DNA of 33,248 bases from Spirogloea muscicola (GCA_009602725.1 WELB01000001.1:1797524-1830771); one strand, 5' to 3'; positions 10,495-26,049 are shown, numbered from the stretch's first letter. Made by a program: numbers and translations. Notes: a model not told the origin generated them from the sequence alone.

Positions 10495-12225
10495 ATGGCC
10501 GCCGCGGAGACCGCGGTGGCCGGCGGCGCCAAGGCCGCCTCCGCGGCCGGGCTGGAGGATGGCGACGCCGTGCTCGTGAGCCGCAGCGATGCCTTGGAGG
10601 ACGGCAGGCCGGAGGCCCAGGCTGGCCCGCCGGAGCCGGTAGCCGCCTTGCCTGCCGAGACCGAGCCCGCCGGCCCCGCGGGCGACGGGCCGGCGGCCGC
10701 GGCGTCGACTGCGGTGGGCGACAAGGCATGGCTGTCGGATGACGGGTGGAAGGACCTCGGGCATGCGTCCGCGGAACTGGGCAAGAATGTGGCCGCTTTG
10801 GCTTCCACCGCTGGCAAGGAGGTCAAGGCGGCAGCACAGGAACTCACAAGCAAGGTGAGGGCGGAGTTGTTGGAGTTTCTAATGCAGACATTCCGAAGCT
10901 CTTTGAAGCTTGTGGTTGACGCTCTGAAGATTGTCACGTGCCTGCGAGGGGGGAGGGGTTGATGGGTGCTCGGGCACGTCAGGCTCGTCAGGGGAGTACC
11001 ATGTGGTGCAGCCATGGCATCAGCCCTTTCATCTGGTCCTCACGCCTGCTGGACATTTTGAGGCGGCATCGGCAACGGGAGCCTGCCTGACCAGGGTCTT
11101 CCATCTGGCTTGTGGAGTCAGATTGCAGGTACTGGCTTGAATGACTTAAGCAGCAAGCTGTCCACTTGGTGGACTGCCTTGGACCCACCAAGGGCAAAAG
11201 AGCCGACCCCGCGACCAGAGCCGCTCAGCAATCGGACCCCTAGGTCCAGAGACTCTGCCGAAGCAAGCATGCAGACGCTCTTCCGCATCTCTCCTTCAGA
11301 GAGTCTCATTGAAGGTCGACTCTCTGCCTTCAGGGCCAATCTTGGCAAATAGTATTGACAATCTTTCTGTAAAACTTCTTACCTGTCCAACACATTTCCT
11401 GTAGATGATGACTCATGCAGTATGATAGAGTGAGAGCATGTCAGGCAGAGGCAGTGTCATCTCAGGAATGATCTCATGCACTTGAAGTATCTGAGACAGC
11501 ACAGATATGCCTGTCCTGCTTTACACTCATATTCTTGGGCCCTGCGTCTGCCTTGTCGTGCTGTACAGCATTCCCGTGCACCTTGGTCCAAATGTACCAG
11601 TGCACCCACAATGTCTACACTGCAGACATGCCTGTGGACTTCGGCGGCACTCTGTACATCTCCGACAAGCACGTCTGTTTCCACGTTTCGGCGGTTGAGA
11701 AGCGTACACGTGTGCCGGTCTGTTGTCACCAGCGAGACTTTTGCATTTCGACCACTGTGTCTGTATGAGAGATGAGGAGCACAACAATCCCTTTGCCTAC
11801 TTGGGCATGTACTAAGGTATAATAGCTTTCATTGTTCCTTAGATGACAGCTCGTTATGCTGTCATCTGTGTGCAGGTAATTGTGGAGCACACCCGCTTGA
11901 GCAATGTCAGTCGAGAGAAAGCTGGCAAAAGTGACAAGTCAGATACGTTGAAGCTGTCTCTGGAACCAGGCAAATGGGTATGTTGTTTACTGTGACAATT
12001 GACAAAATTGCTCCACTTTGCATGGAAGGGGACTGAGCAGCATTGCTTGTGACACATGGATTCAGTGTTGGATTGAGTGTGACGTGGCCAAGCAGTCCAC
12101 ACTCATGGAATTGTGTGAGTGTTGCTTGGCAGTTTGCCGTGAAGGACTTTGCAGGGCCCGAGGAGATTGAGTCAGCTCATGCTTTGCTCGAGCATCTTGT
12201 GGAGGCGGCACACATGTTAGCATGA
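10495..12225 (+). CDS. GRAM/PH-like domain protein; 5 exons
   Basis: Exons starting ~10495, 11129, 11569, 11876 and 12133 give MQTLFRISPSESLIE/AFPCTL...FGGTLYISDKHVCFH, the LF.L...E.L...F.C.L...GxLYIS...CF pattern of GRAM domains. Ends HALLEHLVEAAHMLA*. Confidence 0.75.
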
Positions 12226-12769
12226 ATGAGATGGTGTGTAAGGACCTTGCTATAAAGGGTGCATAACTTTGTACAGACGCGTTGTGTATATTTCAGACAG
12301 CATTGCTGCTGACTATTAGAATAGCTTTAAGCAGAACGTGACAGCCTTTTTATCAAGCCTTAGGCTCGTACTTGCCATGGTACCTCCTCCTGGCATTGGC
12401 CCTCCTAATGCTAAGACGTGGCTTCGCATGTGTGCTGATCCTCTTCTGGCTGGCTTCTGAGCCGGGCTTGTCTCATGAGCAATCAGCGCCCTCGAGAATG
12501 AGTTACAATGTCTTGTCTCCTTCTAGGCACTATGATGGGACACTAATTAAGCTCAGAAGGCCTCCTTAAGCATACTCAGAACAGCCTAGAAGTCAGAACT
12601 AGATCTCCCATGAAGTGCTCCATCTGACGTTGTGTGATGTTTGTGTACCATGAATTGCTAGCTATTTATTACACTAAGAATCCACAAGCACGTCAAGGCA
12701 GCCTGCCATTTTGTGATCTTGTCAATGAGCAGGATCTCCCTGGTCCTCCAAGTAAGCCTGTCGTACTCA

Positions 12770-13240
12770 TATGTGATCACTCATATGTGGTCACTCGTGG
12801 GTACTGAAGTCCCCCTTCTGCTGGCTTTTGCACTATTATCTTTTTCTCCTTAGCATAAGGCTCTGCGCTTTGTGTAGCCCCAATCTCTGTACTAGACTTT
12901 GCCTGTTTCTTTGAAGTAGTTCTTTTGAGTAGTTGCCTGAGCAGTGCCTTGGCTTAATTTGGCCTCCCTCTCATATTCTATGCACTGCGCGCCTTCTCTG
13001 TCCTCTCATCATAGCTCATGCCACAGCTGCGTGGATTGACTAATAGTCACAAGCAGCGAAACATACACACAGAACACAGAAAGCATGCGGTCCGTAACAA
13101 AATGAGAGGGAGATCAAAGCAAGCCAGTACACTGTTTGTAAGAAGAACGAAGGAAATTTTTTGATAGAGGCTAAAGCTACATAACGAAGTACACAACCAA
13201 ACGGGGACTCTAGTCCTCACAAGTGAGCATACATATATCT
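12770..13240. repeat. Older, diverged inverted pair of extended C modules (minus copy ~12770-13007, plus copy ~13078-13240)
   Basis: The reverse complement of 12940-13007 (gagaaggcgcgcagtgcatagaatatgagagggaggccaaattaagccaa) matches 14146-14190 and 13078-13130. ggggactctagtcctcacaagtgagca (13203) pairs loosely with 12788-12815. Confidence 0.55.
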
Positions 13241-13509
13241 GCCAGACTTATCTTGGGCGCCGGAGCACCACCCCGCAAGTTAGTGGCCTGGCTTAGTGCG
13301 CGCCCAGCTTGCTGATGTATGGCTAGAGCCTGGTATGCTGCAAAGGAAGCGAGAGCCGCATTCTGTGCATATGTCCAATGCGATTAAGCGCTTTCTGACC
13401 CCTTCTGAACCTTCTTATTCTCTTGCGTTCACAGTCATCGCCATTTTGTGAGAAGAATTATCATGCAATGCTGATCGTTGAGCCTGGCAGGCAGGTCCAT
13501 CCAAAGCTC

Positions 13510-14590
13510 TCCCCCTGTCAACAAGAAGAAAGTGCTCGCCTGTTGAGGATAGGGGCTAGAAAAGCCAGCCCAAAAATGAATGAACAAAGTACGAGAATGG
13601 GGCCAGGGCAAGCGCTAAGAAAAACAAGCACACAAAGAAATAAAGCAGCTACGAATCACTCAGTAACCCCTGCTAAGCAGCCGCAGATAAGAGATGCTAG
13701 GCTCCTGGAAGTGGGTCCCCCTGGCCAGAGCCAGAGGCAGCAGCAAGGAAAGGAAAGTGCTCGCCCGTTGAGAACAGGGGCTGGAAAAGCCAGCCCAAAA
13801 AAGAATCAACAAAGGACGAGAAGGGGGCCAGGGGAAGCGCTAAAAAAAACAAGCACACGAAGAAACAAAGCAGCTACGGATCACTCAGTAACCCCTGCTA
13901 AGCAGCCTCAGGTCAGAGACGCAGCAAGGGCTCTGCCGGCACGGCTCTGTCAACGGTCTTCAGGCACATGCACTGTCGCTCAAACGTGAGAAGCAACGCT
14001 GTGTCAATCCGCTGGCGTCGGCGGGAGCAGGCTTAGGGTGTTGAAAGAGATAAGGCGCGCGGTGCGCATGAAGTTGAGAGAGAGGCCAATTCTAGTCCTC
14101 ACAAATGTCCTATTGACCGGGGAATAAGTTAGCTGAAAGAAAAGAGAGAAGGCGCGCGGTGCGCATGGAATTGAAACGGAGGCCAAGTCTAGCCTTACAA
14201 ATGTCCTGCTGACCTAAGGCTGCTTAGCAGGGGTTATTGAGTGATCCGTAGCTGCTTTGTTTCTTTATGTGCTTGTTCTTCTTAGCGCTTCCCCTGGCCC
14301 CCTTCTCGTCCTTTGTCGATACGTTTTTGGGCTGGCTTTTTCCACTTCCAGGACCCTAGCCTCTCTGATTTGCGGCTGCTTAGCAGGGGTTACTGAGTGA
14401 TTTGTAGCTGCTTTCTTTCTTTGTGTGCTTTGGTTTCTTAGCGCTTCCTCTGGCTTCCTCTGGCCCCCTTCTCGTTCTTTGTTCATTCTTTTTTGGGCTG
14501 GCTTGTCCAGCCCCTATCCTCAATGGGCGAGCTCTTTCTTTTTCCAGCCCGTATTCTCAATGGGCGAGCACTTTCTTCTGCTGAAAGGGA
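13510..14590. mobile_element. Foldback-type element: long inverted arms, each a dimer of the B unit, around a spacer containing two tandem C units; non-coding
   Basis: Left arm ~13510-13915 and right arm ~14209-14590 are reverse complements, e.g. aaagcagctac(g/a)(a/g)atcactca(g/a)taacccctgctaagcagcc occurs twice on each strand. C units at 14043-14118 and 14135-14214. The inverted structure is certain; the transposon label is inference. Confidence 0.7.
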
Positions 14591-15026
14591 TCGTCACGGA
14601 GTGCCCCATGGACGGCAAGCAGGCGCTGACGACGGCAGGATCCGGACTCGTGGGCCGCCGCTTGGGGGAGGGACTTTTAGACGTGGGGGAGGGGGGGATG
14701 CACCTGCCTCTGCCAATGAGCAGCGCGGCACAGTCCACGCTGGCAGATTGAAACCAACCCGAACACACGAGAATGCCACGGATGCAAAGCTGGAGCGCCA
14801 CGCAGGCGTCGCGGGAAATCAGCCGCCCTGGCCGTCGCCGCCGCCGCCGCAAGCCCGCCATCGCTGCAAGACTCCCGCGCGCCTCCTGCTGCGGCATCCG
14901 AGTGCCTTCTGCAGCACCGCCGGAATGCTGGTGCGCGCCTCCGGCTGCAGCATGGCGGCCGGCCTCCGCGCGTCGCCGGGCCGGGTGGCGGAGGCCGTCG
15001 CGGGGAGTCCACCGTGATCACCGGCC

Positions 15027-18000
15027 ATGGAGGCGCTCCTCGCGGTCGCCGCCGCGCCGCCTGAAGGCCGCACGGCTGCTGTCGAGCGCTGGAGAGCTGC
15101 CGCGTCCTTGGAGCACACAAGCTGGGAGGCGCAGGAGTGGGACTGGGACGGCGACCTGCTCATCGCCAGCCAGCCCGAGGCGCTCGCGGCCGGGCCCGCG
15201 GACCCGACGCCGCCGCAGCCGCCGCCGCCGCCGCCGTCGCAGCCGCCGCAGCCGGGCAGCAGGCATACCGACGAGCCCTTGGTGCTCCTCGGCACTGGTG
15301 TCGCAGCAGCGCCGGGGCGGGCGCAGCCTCCCTTGAGTTACCTTCTTCCACAGGATGCCTCCGTCAAGGCCAGAAACCCCGACTGCCCGAACCTCAAGGC
15401 CGGGCGCGTGCCCTGCGCATGCACCGATGAGGACGAGAAGCTGCTCAAGAGGCAGCGCATGGTCATGCCCTTGGCGCCGCTGTCGTGCCAAGTCGCCGGG
15501 TGCCCAGCCGACTTGCGCAGCGGCAAGGAGTACAACCTCCGGCACCGCGTATGCGAGGAGCACGCCAGGGCGGCCACGGTGCTGAGCGAGGGCGAGGTCG
15601 TGCGCTACTGCCAGCAATGTGGCAGGTGGGCTCCACGGGCCTTGACAAGCCCTGCCATTCATGCCCGTCAAGTCCAGCATTTGTTGACGCAACCAGTACT
15701 GCAAGCTGGCTCCAAGCGTGCTTTTGCTTTGATACCAGACTGGTGTCGTTGTACCTAGCAGTTCTGGGTGCGAAGGCTTTGCGCTATCTGAGCTGCAGGT
15801 TACATCCATTGCTGGAGTTTGACGAAGGAAAGAGAAGCTGCCGTCGCAAGTTGGAGAAACACAACACAAGGCGACGCAGGAGGATGGGCCTTACGAACGT
15901 TCTCGAGGGGCCAGGCAGCAAGGATGCGGAGCAAGATGAGGAGATCCTGGCAATGCGTAAGCCTGCTATGCATCTCTGCAAACCTACAACTTGAGTCAGT
16001 GATACTCCTCTGCCAGGTCCATGAAGAGGTTGAGACACGAGAAACAACAGCCACCTTTCCACAAATGCGATACAGCATAGTCCAACAATGAGTGGCCGTT
16101 CAAGCATCGCATCCGTAGACAGTGTACGTCTGCTTATGTGAGGACATTGATCACCGTGTCTCACACTAGCAATTATGCTGCACTGGGAGGAGAGCTTTGC
16201 CAGCGTACAATGTTGGGAGACCACGGGGATCTACTGATGAAGCAGTTGTAGACAAGTACATGACATTTACCGTACCTTGTATAAGTGCCCTCCAGTATGT
16301 GCCACCTTCATGTCGTTGCGCGTCTACATGTTGCTGCTATTTGACCATGTCAGAGAGCTCACCTATATCCGTTCCCGACAATGCCTGCTGCAGCTGCAGG
16401 TGATAGATACAAAGCATCAGCAGCATCAGTGTCCAAGAAAGGCAATAGCTCAACGGCCGAGCAGTTGCAGTCAGCAAAATCTAGGGCACGGTCAACACCA
16501 AAGACCTCACCCTCGCCTCACTCAGCAGACTATGCCGTCAAGGAGTCCACAACATTGGACCTCAGCACAACGACGTCACTGAGTGCGGCGGAGAACTCTC
16601 GGCTGAATCTCAGTCGGCTTACATTGGGACCTCTGGACGTTGCACAGCCGACAACACACACTGGAAACTTTCCACAGGAAGCTGAGCGCAACTTGGCACA
16701 GCAGGATGAGCTCAGGGCTAAATCTGAGTCAGGCGAAGCCGCCTTGGAGACCACCGCCCACTTGCTTCTTTCAGCAGCTAGCGACCAGCAACCAGTGGCG
16801 CAACTAGAGCAGGCGCCAGGTGTAGGAGTGCCTGGGTTCTTAGAAAGTCACACGGACACAGCACAGGTACTATCCTTGATGGAACTCTTGACTGCGTCCG
16901 GCACCGACAACTTACAGGAAGATTTGGCAGAGGAGTTGAATGAACAGCCCTCCCTACTGACGCGGCATGAGATTAGGAACTTTCAAGACACCTTCCATTA
17001 CACACCAGTGGTAAGGGATGAAGCTGCCATGGTTGTGCTTGTCCATCAGCAAGCACATAGCAAGATCTGGTGTGATCACTTCAATCTCAAAGATGCTGGA
17101 GATGTCACGAGCCGAGTATGTGAGGATTTCCAAAATCAGGGGACTTACTTCATATCCTCTGAGTTGTGAACAGCAATGCTCAGGCCGTATATCCTTCAAA
17201 CTTTTTGATTGGAACCCTGCTGACTTTCCACGTCATTTGAGGAATCAGGTCCGTCTTCCCTCCTCTTTGTGAGCACCATGTGCTTTCTGAGTCAGTAGTT
17301 GCTTGCTAAAGCTCCTCCACTTTCTCATTTCCAACTTCTTATTGTCAGACCTCCTAAGCAAAGGTGCCGCTGGATTGAACCTCAATCACTGTTCACATCT
17401 CAGGTCATGGACTGGTTATCAAGTATGCCTTCTGATTTGGAAGGCTTTATCAGCCCTGGCTGCACATTGCTCACATTGTTTGCAGCAATGCCTTCAACAA
17501 AGTGGGCTGAGGTGTGGTTCCCCCTGTGGGAAGCTGAACGATACTTATGAGCTTATGTTGCTGTGTGACAAGTCAATGCACCACTTCTAAGGTCCTTTGT
17601 GAAGTGATTCCTTGAATTTTAGACCCAAGTGTTTGAATGTCTAACACCCTAAATGTCTGGAATATCGCGCAGCTTGAGAGCAATCTCGAAAGAAGCTTTC
17701 AAGTGCTCATGGCAGGGGAGGGTGGAGAGTTTTGGGCCAAGGGTCGGATGTTGGTACAGTGCTCCAATCTTGTCACTTACATCAAGAACGGTCAGTCAAG
17801 GATTGACTAAGCAATGTAGTATCAAATCAGCAATGGAGTGTAATTCAATCTTGCTGGTAGCACCTCAGTCTATGTCCAGGAACACCAAGCTATTTGTACA
17901 TTGCATGCTGTATACATGATGCAGAGGACACGCAAGACGAGTGCGTGATTAGGATATGTGCCAGCTTTCTGGGTTAGCCTATCATGCACGTCCTGACAAG

Positions 18001-20387
18001 TCGTGACAAATGTTTCCCCTGGCATGCATGCAGGTGCAGTCCTCTGTCGAGCCACCCAACTAAGACCCAAAGATGGCCCGCGTCTTCTATCAGTCAGGCC
18101 GATGTGTGTCGTAGCTGGAGAGCCTGCTGAAGTCACAATCACTGGGCATGACCTGTCCTTGCCTGGAACAAGGTATTGCAGACTCCATGTTTTCTTCACT
18201 GCACCCCCATGCATCGTCAGCAGCTGAGAACTAACATCCTTGGCAACATTTTGTAAGCCTGCCACCTGCTTCCTGGAATGGCACGTCAAGGGCTTCATTA
18301 GAAAGGAAGTTATATACACGAAGTCAAAGATTGTTTATGCTTAGGAAAAGAGTGTGCCTCTCATTGCCCAGACAAGAACCCCCAAGACCTACTCAGCTGC
18401 AAGCTTGGCACCTGATGAGAAGGTTTTGAGGACTTCAGCACAGTTGCTAGTACTTTATAACCCTCTGTCTCCTGTCCTCCTTAAGATTATGAAACACTGA
18501 CGTCAGAAGCCAATAAGCTTGGGCGTTCCGAGGGAGGATGTCTTGCATGCTTGGCAAGGCCATTTGCTGATAGCTAATCGCACTTGTATGCAGAGTCTTG
18601 TGCTCCTCAAGGGGTAGGTATATTGATAGTCAAATTCTCAAGGAAGTGGATATTGGTTTGAGCTGCAGTGGACGCTCTGAGATCGAGCATCCTCTTGGCT
18701 CTCTGCTCGAGAAACAGATGCTGCACCTACCAGCCACGTACTGCAAGGGATTTGGACACATAATATTCATTGAGGTCAGATGACTATGTCCAAGCCAAGT
18801 TTTTGTGATGTGTGATATGAAAAGTTACACTGTTGATGAGCTTGACCTTGACCTAGACCTTGACTTGACAGCTTATCTGATTATCCTACATTCATGTGTG
18901 GCAGGTTGAACACGGGGTAGGCACCAGCTTTGTGCCACTGCTTGCAATCCATTGCAAGCTGGCCTGTGCAGAGATTCAAAGCCTGCAGGCCTGTGGTGGG
19001 GAACGTACTTCTGAGACGACCTGCCATCAGCTCCTTCTTGAACTTGGATGGACACTTCGCAAGGCTGAGAAATTGCGTCATGGAGAAACGACAACCTCAG
19101 GGCGGGAACTGCAGGAGCAAATCCAGGTGCACGTGCGGCGGCTGCAGCACTTGCTGGACTTTGCCGTGGGAAGATGCTGGCCAGCCGTGACTCGCCTCCT
19201 ACTCGAGGCGGCACTTGCTACACAAGCGTACAAGAGCAAGCAGATGTCATCAATACCTGCTACTCAAGCAGAGGGACAACCTTCAGAAGATGATGTGCTT
19301 GGCTTCGTTGGCATTGATCAAAGAGGTTTTAGCTTGCTGCATGGGGCGGTTGCTGGCAAGCATTTGCCATTGGTGAGGGTCCTGGAGGAGTACAGAAGGC
19401 GCCTGGCCGCACAAGCATCGGCGTCTTCATGTCAAGAAAATTGGTGGCATCTTGGTTACCAGGGTCCGGGAAAGGTGTCCCCACTTCATCTGGCGGCGCT
19501 AGTGGATGATGGTGGCAGAGTGCTCGCTGCTCTTGCTGGTGACGAGATTGAGGTTGTGCTACTTCTCTTTTCAATGCCAACCTTCACTTGCAGATACACT
19601 CACACAGTCGCAAGATGGTCTGGAAGCATGACACAAGCCACAGCGAATCCCCATGGCTTCACAGTTTGTTGACGTTATTATGTGGCCTGTAGTTCTTGCT
19701 CTTAGATAAATTGGGCTTCCACACAGCTGGCAATGTGCTCCGCTGGTCTTGTAGAGGCAGTCAAGGGACTCATTGACTTGGGTGGCAAAGTAGAAACCAA
19801 GGAGGTCAGGAGTTGCAGGAGGTCCAGGAGCAGTTGGCCTCACAACAACGTCCAATGTTTGTGGTGTGTGACAGGTCGCACGAGCTCTGTGGAAGACCTG
19901 CAGGGACGCTGCCGGCAAGACGCCACAAGAGTATGCTGTTGATGCTGGTCATTCAGCCTATGGGGACATCCTTGTCCGCAGCCCTCTACATCATAGCTCC
20001 CTCAGTAGTGAGAACAAAAAGCAGCCACAAGAGTGCGGTGTGTCCAAGTACGAAACGGTGATTACCCTTTGCTCAAGGTCTGCAGATGGACCTGTGCATG
20101 AAGCATCCATCAAGGCAAAGAAGTTGGATGATACTGTCATGCACAGCGATGCGCTTGATAAATTCTACAGCACAGGTGGTCTGTGCTGTGCACTACAGGC
20201 CTTGAGAAGCTGCAATTTGGCAGTGAGCTTGCAGAGGACATCTCAGCGTAGTCTTGTCACCATGCTGCTAGCGGCACTGATTGGCTGCCTCGGCCTCTGT
20301 GTCCTTCTCCAGCATCCTCATCGGATGCAGGCCACATCTCTGGCCATAAGAAGGTGCCTAGGTGTCACAGTAGCTCGTGACCCTTAA
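15027..20387 (+). CDS. SPL7: SQUAMOSA promoter-binding (SBP-box) transcription factor, SPL7/CRR1-like, with ankyrin-like repeats and C-terminal transmembrane helix; some internal exons unresolved
   Basis: SBP domain split by the conserved intron (15625/15799): CQVAGCPADL...RHRVCEEH...YCQQCGR/LHPLLEFDEGKRSCRRKLEKHNTRRRRR. SPL7-type WDWDGDLL and CPNLKAGRVPCAC; GRISFKLFDWNPADFPRHLR; WLSSMPSDLEGFISPGC; GKVSPLHLAA; C-terminal LIGCLGLCVLLQHPH...IRRCL. Confidence 0.92.
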
Positions 20388-21102
20388 TATTGCGGTTAGT
20401 ATGACTCCTGCTCGATGATCCGGTTTAGGGTTAGAGGAAACCTCCCTTGCCATTATGTTCAGCTGGTTCTTCTGCCAGTTGTACCAGCTCTTTCTGGTCG
20501 CAGCATGTATTTGCTATATCTTTGGCAGGTTCTTCTGCCACTCGTACCAGCTCTTTCTGGTAGCAGCAGTACATGCTTGTGGGACGGGCTCTACAGTGCA
20601 TGGCAATCACAGTGCATGGTAATTACTGATATAGCATGATGCACACATGACGATTACAGGGATCATAGATCTACTTGGTTTACCTTAAAATAGACAGTAC
20701 CGACATACAATGTTGAGGGGCTACATTCTTGCCGCTTGCTGTTTAGCCTCAATTCTGGGGGACACAACAATGTTGCACAAAAATTTACAGGCTGCTCGAG
20801 TGCTGTCCTCTGCCAGATGCTTCATACCAGATAAACCCTATGCTTGAATGGGCTCCCTCTACGACAACCTTCACATTGGGCCCTTGCAGGCTTCAAGCCG
20901 CATCCACAGGCCACATACTGTTCCCTTTCACTACACTTCTGAACACTCTTGCCATTACTTCGTGGCCACTAATATCCACATTTACAGCAAAGCAAGTATT
21001 GAAGGCCTGAAAGGCCTCCAAGAAATACAGCTAGTACTATGCCCTTCACAGTGGCAAAGTGTGGCAGGGGCAAGAAGGGCCGTCTGTGTTGTGGCAGAAG
21101 CC

Positions 21103-23130
21103 TCACAGCTCCACAGTTGCAGCTCGCTCAGCCGGCCTACCTAGAAAGCTCAATTGTCCACCATAGAGCAGCACTTTGAGGCTGTCTACAGACAAGCAGA
21201 AGACAGCTCCATCCTTTGGAATTACTGCCAAAAGAGCGCAACAATCATGCCGCTTCAGGGTGCCACCATGAACGAGTCAAGGGCTGCAAGTGCATGCACG
21301 TCTGAAGGTTATAGTCAATTTACACGTGTGCATTTACGTCAATGGCAGTGTATTACTTCTGACTGTGTTGTCTCGGGCAACAATGTGGAAGCTTCGCTGC
21401 ATGTCCTTGACCACAATGCCGCTCAAGCCCACCAGCAACGGATCCTTTGCACGCACAACTGAGCTGAGTACAACCATCAGTCAGCTTGCGATGCAATTGC
21501 TTGTCATGCAACCACCACCCAAGCATGCAAGGAGCAACTCTTGCAACTTGTCTCAATCTATACTCTCGCCAGAAAATGCAATGCTTGACCTGATGACGAA
21601 ATGACAGGTGACTAGTCATGAGGAGAGGGAAAGGATAATGTGACCAGGACTGACCGGAGATGTTGGCCCCATGGAGGTCAGCTCCATATATTCTTTGCTG
21701 GAGAAGGACACCTCTGAATGATACAGCACAGATTCAACACTGCGTGCGTGAAGCAAAGCTCGTAACTTGAAGCAACGAGTGTCCAACATATTACGATCTC
21801 CCTTTGGATAAGATTGATGCCCACGTCTACAGCTAGTCAATGATGGCGCACTCGAGGCAAATTGCGATGTTTGATCCAGGTAGGACATACCTGCAGTTCT
21901 CCATGAGTCTCCTCATGTAGGCTGCCCACAGATTGTGCAGTGGCATGTACAGCTCATACCTGCATGAATGTTAATAGGTGAGTCCTGCAAGTCACCCTAG
22001 TCTTTGTACGATGCATTCAATGCATGAAAGTCTACGCAGAATTGGTCATTATGTGCTCCAGCAGGCAATGTCACGCCTCATCCATGAGTTGCTCAAGTCA
22101 TAGCTCGCTCAAGGAAGTCATAGCTCGCTCAAGGCTACCCTCAGACCTGTGGTTGCGGGAAACCACAAAGCAGGTATTTTTGGGGGCTGCATCAAGAGGC
22201 TGCACTGCCGCATATGATTGTCTAGCTGAGGATTGATTAGCTTGACTGACAGGAGCAGAGTACTCATGCCTGTTCAAAGGGGGCTTGATGTCGAACGATC
22301 CCTGGCGGCGGTGCTGCCGCATGCTCATGCGGTGGCGCGAGCGCCGGCCCTGCTCGTGGATCTCGCGCCGGCGGGCACGGGTCGCCCCTCCCCCCTCCGC
22401 GACGACGCTGTCCAGCAGCAGCACCTTGTCGTGCACGCGGCTGCTGATGGTCCCGCTGACGTCTCCGATCTTGGCGTTGCCGGCCAGCAGCGAGCGCAGC
22501 ACAGCCTCCACCTGCGCCGCCGGGCTCCTGGGAGGAAGTGCTGCGCCAGGCTTAGCCTGTGGAGGTTGCGGGGGACGCCGGAGCGCCTCAAGCTGTTACT
22601 GGGCAGCCACGATCCATGGCTCCTTGGGGACCCGCCATTAGCACCTCAGTGCTAGCACTGAAGTGCTCAGCACGCTTGAGCGGATTTGAGCTGGCTGAGC
22701 AGGCTACTATGACTATTTGGCTGTCATGGGTATCTCAACGAAGCATGCGATGCAGCCAAGAGCGCCACGAGTGGCGCAGCTGGCGCGCGCTCACCTCGGC
22801 GCTCGCACCTGCGGGCGGGCTGTGCACTGGCGCCCTCTTGTGGCTGCTGAACGCGGTGGCGCTTGCTGACAACCGGGCTGCACCTGCAGCTCGTGCACAC
22901 ACTTAGCGGCGCGTGACGGCCCGCCATGGGAGCCATCGTTCGAGGCGCGCGGAGATGGGTGTCACGAGACGAGCTGGCGGTCGCAAGCGGCTCGGCAGAA
23001 GGCTCGGTAGGCTCGCACCTTGCGGCGGCAGCGCCGTCAGCTGCGGCGGCGGCGGCGTCCGCCCCAGCGGCTGCCGAGGCCGCGAAGGAGCGGCGGGTGC
23101 GGCGGGCCTTGCTCCTGCCGCAGACGCGGC
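21103..23130 (-). CDS. POP4: RNase P/MRP protein subunit POP4 (Rpp29); 5' end probably runs into the assembly gap
   Basis: Exons give DKVLLLD...MSMRQHRRQGSFDI / YELYMPLHNLWAAYM / IYGADLHGANIS / VRAKDPLLVGLSGIVVKDMQRSFHIVARDNTVR / IPKDGAVFCL...LYG...ATVEL*. Structure upstream of ~22590 is uncertain. Confidence 0.88.

Positions 23131-26049
<2,919 letters not shown>

Noticed and set aside
12640..13610. Several GTAC motifs far upstream of the SPL7-like gene as an autoregulatory cluster
   Set aside because: The count is only modestly above chance for a 4-mer, and several sites lie inside repeat copies.
13423..13989. 188-aa ORF with an internal duplication (and related ORFs 14265-14486 and 14425-14751)
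   Set aside because: These are translations of the foldback arms. Other copies carry indels and stops in the same frame, the start is non-ATG and no domain is recognisable.
13600..14420. Repeated ~35-nt core as a possible CRISPR array
   Set aside because: The context is eukaryotic, the intervening sequences are themselves repeated rather than unique spacers, copies lie on both strands and there are no cas genes.
16381..17250. miR156/529 target site in the SBP-box gene
   Set aside because: No GTGCTCTCTCTCTTCTGTCA-like sequence was seen, consistent with the non-targeted SPL7 class.
22095..22134. Perfect 20-bp tandem duplication in a POP4 intron
   Set aside because: Real, but an ordinary local duplication with nothing inserted between the copies.
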